The translations under genes and the position numbers were made by a program. From Chitinophagaceae bacterium (GTDB lineage: Bacteria > Bacteroidota > Bacteroidia > Chitinophagales > Chitinophagaceae), in NCBI GenBank assembly GCA_043778255.1, contig JAYWGN010000054.1, positions 73,613 through 137,612 of the forward strand: a DNA stretch of 64,000 nucleotides, in the 5' to 3' direction. Below are positions 9,817 to 19,092 of this stretch, piece by piece (the stretch's first letter is position 1; every line of letters starts with the position of its first letter). Under the pieces are notes generated by a model, which had not been told where the DNA came from, searched no databases, and saw nothing but the letters and a program-made list of their open reading frames with translations.

Positions 9817-10869
9817 TTGGCTTCAAATAAAAAGAAGGGTAGTAGAAATAAAAAGTTAGCTAGGTATAACTTAATCCCATTAATTAGTGTTATAGGCGTT
9901 GCTGCTCTTGTATTTACAGTATATATAGCATACAGAACTTCAATAAGCGAAAAAAAATTATTCTCCGTTAGTTTACTAGCAATGTTTGCGGGTTTACTAT
10001 TAGAAAGTTTTAGGGTTTCAAACAAATGGAAGAATGTTATCTACATTTTTATAGGAAGTTATGGTTTAAGTATGCTTAATTTCCTCCCAGGCAAAAGAGA
10101 ACACAATTACAGTTTTGAAAATCATATTGAAAGTTGGCCTTACACATTTTTTTTTATTTTTGCAATTGCATTTACCTTTTCTAATAAGGGTAAAGTAACA
10201 GCTAAATTAACCGAGGGTATTATACTTTTGCAATCAATTTCACTAATTTATTGGGCAATTGATTATGGTTTTACTAACTACCATAATTGGTTAGCAATAT
10301 TGGTTTTTATTATTACTTTAGCATTTACAGCATTTACAATACTCAATGCCATAACTACATTGCAACTCACTAATACTACAAGACTAATTTTAAGTATTTG
10401 GAGTACTACAATAATGGTTGCTTTTGCATTAGACAATATAATTAGAGTATTCAATAATCAAAATATTGAAACTACTGAATATTTAAGTGGTGGGCTTTAC
10501 ATTGGTATACAATACTTTTTTTTAGGTGTTTCCACAATTTATATTTTACAAAACTTAATATTATTAGTACAATTTTTGCCAAGTAGTAATGGAAATTATT
10601 TACTAGACCTTAAAGAAAATAAAACAAGTCATATTAACCGATTTTCGGAGCACCAAGTTTCTATTAAGAAATCATGTATATGGATATTGTTTGCCACAAT
10701 TAGCTATACAATAAATTACTCTTATCAAATATTACCAAGGCACACTATGATATGGTTAGTATTTTTAACTTTTCCAATACTATTATATTTGATGCCTAAT
10801 AGCAAAATGCCAAAAACTCCACCAAGAATTGGCGGTGTTTTTAAACGTAACTTAAAAAAATACACATAA
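9817..10869 (+). CDS. Hypothetical polytopic membrane protein (about 8 TM)
   Basis: 350-aa ORF; multiple hydrophobic segments; very AT-rich codon usage; no recognisable motif. Confidence 0.45.
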   Translation: MASNKKKGSRNKKLARYNLIPLISVIGVAALVFTVYIAYRTSISEKKLFSVSLLAMFAGLLLESFRVSNKWKNVIYIFIGSYGLSMLNFLPGKREHNYSFENHIESWPYTFFFIFAIAFTFSNKGKVTAKLTEGIILLQSISLIYWAIDYGFTNYHNWLAILVFIITLAFTAFTILNAITTLQLTNTTRLILSIWSTTIMVAFALDNIIRVFNNQNIETTEYLSGGLYIGIQYFFLGVSTIYILQNLILLVQFLPSSNGNYLLDLKENKTSHINRFSEHQVSIKKSCIWILFATISYTINYSYQILPRHTMIWLVFLTFPILLYLMPNSKMPKTPPRIGGVFKRNLKKYT

Positions 10870-11007
10870 CTATAACTAGTATTTAAATAACTAATTTTTG
10901 TTTGGTTTTTTTCTATCCGTATATTCTCACTTTTCCATTTTTTTATATTTACAGTATTACTAATCAATTCATAACTGTCGTACATTTATACATAATAAAA
11001 CTACAGC

Positions 11008-11406
11008 ATGTGGACTTGCCCAAAATGTGAAAGAGATTTAAAAAATGCAAACCAGTGGCATAATTGTGTAAAGGTGAGTATTGATAGCTTATTTGAGGGT
11101 AAAGCCACCGAACTACTATTTGTATTTGACAAGCTGCTTTCCGAAATTATTGATTGGCAAAATGTAGCAGTGAGTGCCACCCAAAACTGTATAGTATTTG
11201 TACACAACCAAACCTTCCTAATAATTAAACCTATGAGAAAGGAGCTTGACCTAAAGTTTTATACACCTACACAACAAGAAAACGATTTGATTAAAAAAAG
11301 TATAGCCTACTCAGGCAAATTTGAAAACCATATAAGAGTGGCAACACTTGATGACCTCACCCAAACTGTGTATAGCTATATTAAAAAATCGTACCAATTG
11401 CTCTAA
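11008..11406 (+). CDS. Hypothetical small protein with N-terminal C-x2-C...H-x-C zinc-ribbon-like motif
   Basis: 132 aa; MWTCPKCERDL...WHNCVK; no further assignment possible by eye. Confidence 0.45.
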   Translation: MWTCPKCERDLKNANQWHNCVKVSIDSLFEGKATELLFVFDKLLSEIIDWQNVAVSATQNCIVFVHNQTFLIIKPMRKELDLKFYTPTQQENDLIKKSIAYSGKFENHIRVATLDDLTQTVYSYIKKSYQLL

Positions 11407-11882
11407 ATGCTTATGAAGTAATAAGATTGTGAAATGGTATTTAGTCCAAAAGTATTTTAGTTAATTAACATCAAATGCCGACCTGCCTGCCGGCAGGCAG
11501 GTTGAATAAACAAATAGTACAATAAGGCGAAGCCGTAATTGGACTATATTGTTTATCATTTCGGTATTACTCCTCTCCCGTTAGCTAACTAGTGCTAAGT
11601 ATTGTCTCAGTATATAACAATATCTTTATACTCCTAACGGGATTGCGGGGTAACCGCTGCAATCCGTCAGCCAGTCAGCAGTATAACATTATTAAGCTAT
11701 TTAGCTTCGCATAGTAATAACCTAATAATATATACAATCAAATTTATTCCTTACTTTCCAGTGTGTACCATTACAAATTATTGAAGCCAGTCCCGTTCTC
11801 AAAATCGGAGGGGTTGGGGGTGAGGTTTTAGCATATTTCTCAATATCAACTTATTGCCATAACTTCAAAAAAATTTCTTTAT

Positions 11883-12341
11883 ATGAAAAAACTCCTTTGT
11901 ATAATCTCTTTATTTGCAGCCATGCAAGTAACAGCCCAAGTAAAAATGCCAACTATTGGCGAAGGTACCATGGCACCAGCATTTCCTGTTGCAAACAGTA
12001 TATTAGTGGTTATTCAAAATTCGAGCAAAAGTGTAAATAAGGCACTTCAAAAAAACCTAGAAACCTATTACAAAGGTGAGTATAGGTTATTAGCAAACGG
12101 CGAAGCCCTTAACCCCAAGGATACTGCAAATGCAAGATTTTTTATAGTACCCATGGACCGAACTACCACAACAGCCCGTAACACTTTTGGAGACCGATTT
12201 ACCGATACTGGCTACAAGTTAATAATAACTGATAAGGTAACACTTACCTATTACGAATCTGATGTGTCGAGTAATTACGACCGCTTATTTAAAGAGTATT
12301 TTACAAAACTTGAAAAATTGCGAGTAGAGCCAAATAATTAA
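11883..12341 (+). CDS. Hypothetical secreted protein
   Basis: 152 aa; signal peptide MKKLLCIISLFAAMQVTAQ. Confidence 0.5.
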   Translation: MKKLLCIISLFAAMQVTAQVKMPTIGEGTMAPAFPVANSILVVIQNSSKSVNKALQKNLETYYKGEYRLLANGEALNPKDTANARFFIVPMDRTTTTARNTFGDRFTDTGYKLIITDKVTLTYYESDVSSNYDRLFKEYFTKLEKLRVEPNN

Positions 12342-12366
12342 TATAAAAAATATGGTTATTGGTATT

Positions 12367-12399
12367 AAACCTATAAGGTTTTTAAAACCTTATAGGTTT
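12367..12399. terminator. Perfect 15-bp palindrome hairpin (aaacctataaggttt-tta-aaaccttataggttt) after the 11883-12341 gene
   Basis: Perfect inverted repeat with a 3-nt loop located 26 nt after the stop codon. Likely an intrinsic terminator or operator. No long T-run, which lowers confidence. Confidence 0.45.
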
Positions 12400-12490
12400 A
12401 AGGAGATTAATTACGGAAAATACTGTAATATGTTAAAAAATAGTTAACTTTAACCCTCACAATATTACACAACTCAACTTACTTTAACCG

Positions 12491-15400
12491 ATGAAGCAAT
12501 TGTTACTCGTATTGGTATGTTTATTTACTATATGTACAACCCAAGCCCAAACCATAGGCATACAACCCAAAATATATAACCTGCCTTGTGGTGTTACCTG
12601 CACCAACTTTAACTTTAAAGTACCGGATTATAGGAGTACCGAGGAGTATATTGGAAAAACTATTGCATTTACACCAAGTGATTATACATCCCCACTTGGA
12701 AATGAATTGACTAATTTGTATAATGATGATGAATATTCACCTATTTGTAACTTGCCATTTACAGCAAGTTTTTATGGGGTTAATTACACACAGTTTACAG
12801 TAGGTTCTAATGGCTTACTTACGTTTGATGTAGCAACTAACAGTGCCCCTTGCAAAAATGCTTATCCAATTAGTTTCCCATTACCGTATGCAGGAGGCTC
12901 TAGCTGTTCAATAGCGCCAAGCTACTACCCAAAGGCTAGTATAATGGGTTGTTATACTGATTTGGAACCCAGTACAAATCTATGCCCACCTGATAGAAAA
13001 ATAGAGTGGCGTATTGATGGCACTGCACCGTTACGAAAAGCCGTAACAACTTTTTATAATGTGGGTATGTATGGCAACGGTACTTATGCATCTGGTACAT
13101 CCTGTAATGCTCAAAATCCTAACACTTTTCAAATGACTATTGAGGAGTCAACTGGTATAATTAATGTATTTATTAAAAATAAAATATGTAATGCCACAGG
13201 CTCAGGGCAATTTGCAATACTGGGTATTCAAAATTTTACAAGAGATAAGTTTGTAGCTGCCCCAGGTAAAAACCAAACTCTTTGGTCTGCCGTAAATGAA
13301 GGGTTTCAATTTAAACCGTCTGGCGCCACTCCATTATTCCAAAATGCATTTATTAAAAAATTAGATGGTACACTAGTAGGTAATTGTATAGTGGGTGGTT
13401 CGGGTAACGATAGTATTAATTTGAGTTATAACAACTACTGTGTTACAGGTGCTGGGCCCGATACTTTGGTGGTAACCGCCAACTACAATAGCTGTACCGG
13501 TTTACCCGCCGATGAGTTCAGCCTTACCGATACACTTATAGTAAAGCTTAACCCCGGCAACTTATTACCAACAGCTACCAAAACAGATGCTAGCTGTACA
13601 GCAGCCAATGGTACTATTACTGTTAACCTACCACCGGGCGGTGGTACTGGACCATTTATGTACCAAATAAATGGTGGGGCTTTTCAGGCTAGTAATATAT
13701 TTACAGGGCTTACAGCAGGTACATACACCCTATTTGTAAAAGATGCCACAGGTACTTGTACAGGCACTATTATGGTAACCATATTGAGTAGTAACAATGC
13801 AACAGTAAGTGGTACTACCACTGCTACTAGTTGTGCAGGTGTTAGCAATGGCACTATTACAGTAACAACTACCAATACCACAGCACCCATACAATACAGT
13901 ATAAATGGTGGTGCTAACCAAGCTAGTAATATATTTACTGGCCTTGCTGCAGGTAGCTACACTATACTAGTAACCGATGCAAATGGTTGTATAAAATCAG
14001 CAACATTTACAGTAAGTAATGGTGCTGGCATTACAGCATTAGTAACCCAAACTGCCACAAGTTGTGCAGGAGTAAGCAACGGGCAAATAACCGTTACAAA
14101 CCCAACAGGTACTGCACCACATACTTATGCTATTGATGGTGGGGCATTTGGAGTACCTAATATATTTATAGGCCTAGCATCTGGTGCACATACCATAATA
14201 GTAAAAGATAATAATGGCTGTACGGGCACTTATAATGTTAATGTAACCAACGGTGCTGGTATTACTGCTACGGCTACCCAAACTGCTACAAGTTGTGCAG
14301 GGGTAAGCAACGGGCAAATAACCGTTACAAACCCCACTGGCACAGCACCACATACTTATGCTATTGATGGTGGGGCATTTGGAGTACCTAATATATTTAC
14401 AGGCTTAGCCTCAGGTGGACATGTAATAATTGTAAAAGATGCAAACGGCTGTACTGGTACTTACAACGTACTAGTGGCAAACGGTGCTGGTATTACTGCT
14501 ACGGCTACCCAAACTGCCACTAGTTGTGCAGGGGTAAGCAACGGGCAAATAACCGTTACAAACCCCACTGGTACTGCACCACATACTTATGCTATTGATG
14601 GTGGGGCTTATGGAATCCCTAATATATTTACAGGCTTAGCCTCTGGTGCACATACGGTAAAAGTGAAAGATGCAAACGGCTGTACTGGTACTTATAATGT
14701 TACTGTATTGAGTGGTGCAGGCATTACTGCCAATGTAAATACAACGGCCACTAGTTGCCCTGGTGCAAGTAACGGTACGGTTACAGTGAGCAACCCTACA
14801 GGTACTGCACCTCATACTTATGCTATTGATGGTGGGGCTTATGGTGTTAGTAATATTATAACCAACCTAGCAAGTGGCCCACATACTGTTAATGTAAAAG
14901 ATGCTAACGGTTGTACCTATTCAGTAGCTATTAATATAGCTGCTGGTGCAGGTATTAGTGTACTATCCAATGTAATAGGTACAAGTTGCAATGGAGCAAG
15001 TAACGGCAGCATTACAGCTATAACAAGTGGCGGTAATACACCCTATAATTATAGTATTAATGGTGGCACACCACAAGTTGGCAATACCTTTGTAGGCTTA
15101 TTGGCAGGTAATTATGTAGTAATTGTAAATGATGTAAATAACTGTAGTGCTACCGTAAACTTAACGGTGCCACAAGGTGTAAACTTAGCCGCTACTACTA
15201 CACTTACACAAGTGGCTTGTAATGGCACTAGTACTGGTGCTGCTACTATTAACAATACTAATGGCAACCCTAATTATACGTATAGTTTAAATGGGGGTAC
15301 TTTTCAACCAACTAACACATTTAGCAGCTTGCCTGCTGGCAACTATACCGTAGCACTTAAAGATGCTAATAACTGTACTGGTACAGTTACCTTTACCATT

Positions 15401-16837
15401 ACTGAACCAACGTTGTTGGTAAATAATACCGCTGCAACCCCAGTACTTTGCAATGGCAGTAATACAGGTAGTATTACCATAAATGGAAATGGTGGAGTAT
15501 TGCCTTATACCTATTCAATTAACGGCACTACATATATAACCACTAACAATTTTGCGGTAGCAGCTGGTACTTATACTGCTTATGTTAAAGATGCTAATGG
15601 TTGTATAAAAACAAGCACTGTAACTGTAATTCAACCTACTGCCGTAACACTTACAGCATCTGCTACAAGTGCCACTTGCAATGGTGGTGCCGATGGCGTA
15701 ATTACTGCCACTGCTAACGGTGGTACTGCTCCAATTACATACTCTATTGATGGCACTGTGTTTCAAGCTAGTAATACGTTTAATGTACTTGCAGGTAATT
15801 ATACAGTATTAGCAAGAGATGCAAATAACTGTACCAAAGTGTTTGCTATAACCGTAACACAAGCTAGTAATATACTGCTGAGTACCCGTACAGATACTAC
15901 CATTTGCGAAAGCAAAACAGTAGTACTTACCACTAGTAGCAATGCTACTAGCTTTGTATGGCACCCAGGCAGTAGCCTAAATGATAGTACTCTCCAAAAC
16001 CCAACAGCAGCACCAACTGACAGTACTATGTATGTAGTAACGGCCACCTTAGGTTTTTGTAGTAAAATGGATACCGTAATAGTAAAAGTAAACAAAGCAC
16101 CCATACCCGATGCAGGGCTTGGTACTACTATATGCTTTGGCAAAAATTACCAATTGCAAGGTAGTGGTGGCTTAACCTATACTTGGACACCAACCGCTAC
16201 CCTTAACAACCCAACCTTACCTAACCCAACCGCTACACCACCTACTACCACTACCTATTACTTAAATGTACTTGATAATAAAGGCTGTGCATCATTAGTA
16301 AAAGATAGTGCAACAATAGTAATAACCCCTCCAATTGTAGCTTATGCTGGGCCAGATACTACTATAGTAATGGGGCAACCTTACCAACTTAATGCTACGG
16401 GTGCTAGTATATTTAGTTGGAGTCCTGCATTTGGGTTGAGTAACCCTAATATTGGCAACCCAATTGCTACCATATTTGCTGAGCAATTATATAACGTAGA
16501 AGTAAGTACCATAGAAGGTTGTAAAGGCAATGCTACGGTAAACCTAAAAGTATATGCCGGACCAACCATTTATATACCTACCATATTTACCCCAAATAAT
16601 GATGGTAAAAACGATGTGTTAACCTTAGTAACGGTAGGCATTAAGCAATTTGTGTATATGCGAATATACAACCGCTGGGGGCAATTAATATTTAGTACCA
16701 ACAACCCCAAACTTACTTGGGATGGTACTTACAAAGGTGTACCACAACCCACAGGTGCTTATATTTATAACATAAAGGGTGTAACTGACAAAGACAAAAC
16801 TTTAGACTTTAAAGGAACGGTGCTGATTGAGCGGTAA
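12491..16837 (+). CDS. Large cell-surface gliding-motility adhesin (SprB-repeat protein) with T9SS type-B C-terminal sorting domain
   Basis: 1448 aa. Signal peptide. At least 12 tandem ~80-aa repeats (TATSCAGVSNGQITVTNPTGTAPHTYAIDGGAFGVPNIFTGLASG.H...KDANGCTGTYNV) typical of SprB repeats. C-terminal ...YIPTIFTPNNDGKNDVL...NRWGQLIF...KGVTDKDKTLDFKGTVLI matches the gliding-motility-associated C-terminal domain. Confidence 0.8.
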   Translation: MKQLLLVLVCLFTICTTQAQTIGIQPKIYNLPCGVTCTNFNFKVPDYRSTEEYIGKTIAFTPSDYTSPLGNELTNLYNDDEYSPICNLPFTASFYGVNYTQFTVGSNGLLTFDVATNSAPCKNAYPISFPLPYAGGSSCSIAPSYYPKASIMGCYTDLEPSTNLCPPDRKIEWRIDGTAPLRKAVTTFYNVGMYGNGTYASGTSCNAQNPNTFQMTIEESTGIINVFIKNKICNATGSGQFAILGIQNFTRDKFVAAPGKNQTLWSAVNEGFQFKPSGATPLFQNAFIKKLDGTLVGNCIVGGSGNDSINLSYNNYCVTGAGPDTLVVTANYNSCTGLPADEFSLTDTLIVKLNPGNLLPTATKTDASCTAANGTITVNLPPGGGTGPFMYQINGGAFQASNIFTGLTAGTYTLFVKDATGTCTGTIMVTILSSNNATVSGTTTATSCAGVSNGTITVTTTNTTAPIQYSINGGANQASNIFTGLAAGSYTILVTDANGCIKSATFTVSNGAGITALVTQTATSCAGVSNGQITVTNPTGTAPHTYAIDGGAFGVPNIFIGLASGAHTIIVKDNNGCTGTYNVNVTNGAGITATATQTATSCAGVSNGQITVTNPTGTAPHTYAIDGGAFGVPNIFTGLASGGHVIIVKDANGCTGTYNVLVANGAGITATATQTATSCAGVSNGQITVTNPTGTAPHTYAIDGGAYGIPNIFTGLASGAHTVKVKDANGCTGTYNVTVLSGAGITANVNTTATSCPGASNGTVTVSNPTGTAPHTYAIDGGAYGVSNIITNLASGPHTVNVKDANGCTYSVAINIAAGAGISVLSNVIGTSCNGASNGSITAITSGGNTPYNYSINGGTPQVGNTFVGLLAGNYVVIVNDVNNCSATVNLTVPQGVNLAATTTLTQVACNGTSTGAATINNTNGNPNYTYSLNGGTFQPTNTFSSLPAGNYTVALKDANNCTGTVTFTITEPTLLVNNTAATPVLCNGSNTGSITINGNGGVLPYTYSINGTTYITTNNFAVAAGTYTAYVKDANGCIKTSTVTVIQPTAVTLTASATSATCNGGADGVITATANGGTAPITYSIDGTVFQASNTFNVLAGNYTVLARDANNCTKVFAITVTQASNILLSTRTDTTICESKTVVLTTSSNATSFVWHPGSSLNDSTLQNPTAAPTDSTMYVVTATLGFCSKMDTVIVKVNKAPIPDAGLGTTICFGKNYQLQGSGGLTYTWTPTATLNNPTLPNPTATPPTTTTYYLNVLDNKGCASLVKDSATIVITPPIVAYAGPDTTIVMGQPYQLNATGASIFSWSPAFGLSNPNIGNPIATIFAEQLYNVEVSTIEGCKGNATVNLKVYAGPTIYIPTIFTPNNDGKNDVLTLVTVGIKQFVYMRIYNRWGQLIFSTNNPKLTWDGTYKGVPQPTGAYIYNIKGVTDKDKTLDFKGTVLIER
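14023..14982 (+). repeat. Four tandem 240-bp near-identical DNA repeats inside the adhesin CDS (copies 2 and 3 more than 95% identical)
   Basis: Units start at about 14023, 14263, 14503 and 14743, each beginning ggtgctgg(c/t)attac...; more divergent copies extend from ~13560 to ~15200. Confidence 0.8.
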
Positions 16838-16922
16838 TGGTTTAATTAATAATTATTAATTAATAATTATTAATTAATCTGAGAATTATGTAAATAAAAC
16901 GATACCATAACCTTTGTGAAAC

Positions 16923-17100
16923 TTTGAGAACCTTCTTGTACCGTTACTACGGTATGCGATAATTTTTGAGAACCTTTTTGTACCGTTACTACGGTATGCG
17001 ATAACTTTTGAGAACCTTTTTGTACCGTTACTACGGTATGCGATAACTTTTGCGAATCTTTGAAATAACTTCTTGTACCGTTACTACGGTATGCGATAAC
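16923..17100. repeat. Intergenic tandem array: 4 copies of a 42-bp unit (ttttgagaacctttttgtaccgttactacggtatgcgataac), the 4th with an 18-bp insertion
   Basis: Period 42 bp (unit starts ~16923, 16964, 17006, 17048). Each unit contains a small hairpin TACCG-ttacta-CGGTA. Preceded by AT-rich ttaattaataattattaattaataattattaattaat at 16844-16880. Confidence 0.85.
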
Positions 17101-17144
17101 TTTTATGATATTTTGAAATCAAAAATCTAAAAACTAAAACCTTT

Positions 17145-18326
17145 ATGACTAATAGGCAATTATTTTTGAACCATGTAGCCCAAACAAGCACTGAACCCTT
17201 AGCTTTGGAAATTGAAAGTGCCTCTGGCTGCTACTTATACGATGTTAACGGCAAACAATACCTCGACCTAATAAGCGGCATAAGTGTATGCAATATTGGG
17301 CATAGCCACCCAGCTGTAGTAGCAGCTATACAACAACAAGCAGCTAAGTACCTACACATAATGGTGTACGGCGAAACTATACAAAGCCCACAAGTGCAAT
17401 ATGCTACTTGGTTGGTAAGCCACTTGCCCAATACCCTTAACAGTGTGTACTTTACCAATAGTGGCACAGAGGCTACTGAAGGTGCTATGAAACTTGCCAA
17501 ACGAGTAACAGGCAAAACGGATTTTGTAAGCTGTACCAATAGCTACCACGGCCATACACAAGGTGCATTAAGCATAATGGGTAGCGAAGTTTGGAAAAAT
17601 AATTACCGTCCTTTACTACCCGGTACAAGGCTTGTTGCTTACAACGACTTTGCTATATTGGATTGCATTAACAACCAAACAGCAGCAGTAATAATAGAAC
17701 CAATACAAGCCGAAAGTGGTGTAACACCAGCTAACAAAGATTGGGTACAAGCCATAAGAAAAAAATGTGATGACACTTGTACATTATTAATATTTGATGA
17801 AATACAAAGTGGTTTTGGTCGTACTGGCAGCCTTTGGGCTTTTGAACATTATGGAGTAGTACCCGATATATTATTGTTGGGCAAAGCATTGGGTGGTGGT
17901 ATGCCTTTAGGCGCATTTATAGCACACAAAAAATTGATGGATACATTTACCTATAACCCTGTGTTAGGGCATTTAACTACATTTGGTGGGCATCCTGTAA
18001 GTTGTATAGCAGGGTTGGCTGCCGCTAAAATATTGGAGGAGGAAAACCTTATAAAAACAGTAACAGCTAAGGAAGCATTATTTATACAATTACTACAACA
18101 CCCCAAAATAGTAGGTGTAAGTAGCAAAGGATTATGGATGGCAATTGCATTGCAAAATTTTGAAACTAATATAAAAGTTATACAGCATTGTTATGCAAAG
18201 GGGTTATTTACCGATTGGTTTTTGTATGCCAACAATTGTATAAGAGTAGCACCACCACTTACTATTAGCCACCAACAAGTATACGATGCTTGTACTATAA
18301 TACTTGAAGCTTTAGATGTTTGTTAA
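17145..18326 (+). CDS. Class-III PLP-dependent aminotransferase (acetylornithine/ornithine aminotransferase-like)
   Basis: 393 aa; motifs DEIQSGFGRTG and PLP-lysine region LLGKALGGG. Confidence 0.8.
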   Translation: MTNRQLFLNHVAQTSTEPLALEIESASGCYLYDVNGKQYLDLISGISVCNIGHSHPAVVAAIQQQAAKYLHIMVYGETIQSPQVQYATWLVSHLPNTLNSVYFTNSGTEATEGAMKLAKRVTGKTDFVSCTNSYHGHTQGALSIMGSEVWKNNYRPLLPGTRLVAYNDFAILDCINNQTAAVIIEPIQAESGVTPANKDWVQAIRKKCDDTCTLLIFDEIQSGFGRTGSLWAFEHYGVVPDILLLGKALGGGMPLGAFIAHKKLMDTFTYNPVLGHLTTFGGHPVSCIAGLAAAKILEEENLIKTVTAKEALFIQLLQHPKIVGVSSKGLWMAIALQNFETNIKVIQHCYAKGLFTDWFLYANNCIRVAPPLTISHQQVYDACTIILEALDVC

Positions 18327-18359
18327 GTAAAATATTTTTTTTGTAAAATATTTTTTACT

Positions 18360-18782
18360 ATGTTTATTGTTCTAACATCAACAAAAAAAACATCAATTAT
18401 GAAAATTGCAAAACAAATTCCTGCTTATTTATTAGGCATTTTATTTTTTGGCTTGGGTGGTATCGTTTATTTTTTTCACTTAATGCAAGCTCCGCCACCA
18501 AAAGGTGATGCATTACTATTTATGAATTTGTTTGAATCAAGTGGCTATATGGCAGCCATTAAAGTATGCGAATTGATAGGCGGTTTATTATTATTTTTTC
18601 CACGTACAAGGGGTGTTGGCTTATGTATAATTGCTCCTATAGCTATCAATATTTTCTTTTTTGAAATATTTTTAAGTAAAGATATTGGCTTTAGTATTTT
18701 AATACTTGTGTTGTTAGCACTAGCCATATTTTTTGAAAAAGAAAAGTTTGCAGGGTTATTGGGTAGGGTTAGTAAAGGGTAA
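18360..18782 (+). CDS. Small 4-TM membrane protein (DoxX-like); true start may be the internal Met at ~18399
   Basis: 140 aa, four hydrophobic helices, size and topology of DoxX-family proteins. Confidence 0.4.
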   Translation: MFIVLTSTKKTSIMKIAKQIPAYLLGILFFGLGGIVYFFHLMQAPPPKGDALLFMNLFESSGYMAAIKVCELIGGLLLFFPRTRGVGLCIIAPIAINIFFFEIFLSKDIGFSILILVLLALAIFFEKEKFAGLLGRVSKG

Positions 18783-19092
18783 AATATTATTTTATTAAAT
18801 TTTTTTTAAAAATGGAAACTTCATTTATTTTAAATGGCTGTAACAAAGCTATTGATTCACCCCAACCACTACCACGGGTGGATTGGGAGAAATCATTTGA
18901 AGAAATGCATATTAACGGTGATGACAATTTGATGATGCCTGATATATTTGTTGATGAAAAATTTGAAGAATGGGAGTAGTTTTCCTTTTTTATTTTTTTT
19001 AGGCCAAGCCTTTCTAAAAAAGGGTTAAAATAATTTTCCACTCCCACAACTCACTTATTATTAATTATTCATTATTAACTATAACTTTCTAC

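Noticed and set aside
16923-17100. CRISPR array
   Set aside because: The repeats are contiguous with no unique spacers; the period equals the unit length (42 bp); no cas genes are nearby.
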